A stretch of DNA of 64,000 bases from Eukaryota sp. GEM-RC1 (Eukaryota), in the NCBI GenBank assembly GCA_040285855.1, contig JAUFOQ010000003.1:806001-870000 (forward strand). Reading direction: 5' to 3'. Under the pieces are notes generated by a model. It made no database searches. It worked only from the letters and a program-made list of their open reading frames with translations, and was not told where the DNA came from. Each line of letters opens with the position of its first letter. Within the stretch, counting starts at the first letter, position 1. Positions 63,144-64,000 of the stretch are shown piece after piece. The position numbers and the translations under genes are program-made.

Positions 63144-64000
63144 ATGATCATGAATTCAAACCTCTTTTCTTGCTTGAACGAAAACCGCCCTGTTCCAAAG
63201 AACTTACCCTCTCCCATTGTAACGATTCCTTGTGTTGCAGATACTAAGATCACCCGAGACTAAACCATTGACCAAGCGACCTCCGTTAACCCCAGAAGTG
63301 ATTCTGTCACTGAAACGAAGAACCAAACCACTTCCAAGAAGGACCGTACTAAACATTACAGCGATTCTTAGGACTCACACCAAGGCAGTCAAAACAAAGA
63401 AGCAGAAACACAATACTCAAAAATTGGACTCTTGGAACTTTCGAGATCCAACTGTTTCTCTTTTCAAAAGAGCAATCCCAATGCCTACAACATTACTGAA
63501 GAACGACAAAAGGTGGCACGTGATGCTCTTTAAGCTACTACCAAGGAGATCAAAGGACTCCTGAATAAGTTGTCTGATGCTAATCATGAGTCTATTCTAA
63601 ACCAGTTGTACTTACTGCTATCAGGACACGACCCAATCTCAAGAAACCTTTCTCCACAGCAACTGGCTCAAACTAGAACAGTATTTGCCGAGCTTCTCTA
63701 CAAGAAGGCTGTTTCAGAACCAACTTTCATAGATCTGTATTGTCGTTTGTGCAAGGCATTGACACACAGATTTGACACAATAGCTCACGAAATCATCAAC
63801 CAATGCCGGCTACACTTTGAAAGCTTCTTTGTTCATGATGCTTCTCTCTCAGACCAAGTAGGTCAGAATCTGCAACGACTGAAGAAGACTCTTGCCACTA
63901 ACAACCACACCCCTAGTGATTCTCAATTGAAGGCAGAACAGTTCTTTTCTGAAGAGAAGTTGAAGTCTCAGCTTCAGACCAACATGCAGTTGGCAGCTTC
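63144..64000 (+). CDS. eIF4G-like MIF4G-domain protein, copy 4 (runs off window; extra indels)
   Basis: Same sequence with a small deletion near 63247 and a T-run deletion near 63530. Confidence 0.7.

Larger units (their letters stand above)
57800..64000 (+). repeat. Tandem gene array with a ~1.7-kb unit, 4 or more copies
   Basis: Homologous positions at 58327, 60031, 61736 and 63432. Confidence 0.95.

Overview
AT-rich, gene-dense nuclear DNA of a flagellated microbial eukaryote (CCDC40 present, tiny 29-35 nt GT-AG introns, about 70-nt divergent intergenic spaces; a metamonad-like protist is plausible but unproven). Many ORFs are split by single-base deletions in homopolymer runs, which looks like long-read error, so genes were reassembled by eye. 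The standout is a single gene of about 13.2 kb (34566->21320, minus strand, about 4,400 aa) that the ORF track breaks into about 20 pieces. It encodes a signal peptide, eight ~367-aa extracellular repeats (the first two carry an inserted RCC1-type propeller and the last a remnant of one), a TM helix, an MLKL-N-terminal-like (HeLo/4HB) domain and a protein kinase with intact catalytic motifs, i.e. a candidate receptor-MLKL-kinase. Housekeeping genes include an S8 protease-EGF-CUB-TM protein, a methyltransferase, a thioredoxin-like protein, SHMT, a Ubc7-like E2, CCDC40, an NHA1-like antiporter with a probable 2-nt microexon, and a membrane-anchored MOCOS-like protein. Also present are three mosaic BTB-BTB-Sel1 paralogs, a tandem array of 4 or more MIF4G genes, a complete Ty3/Gypsy element with 84-bp LTRs nested in a pogo/Tigger transposase, four non-autonomous TIR elements with 8-9 bp TSDs, and several 5'-truncated RLE-type non-LTR retroelement fragments.
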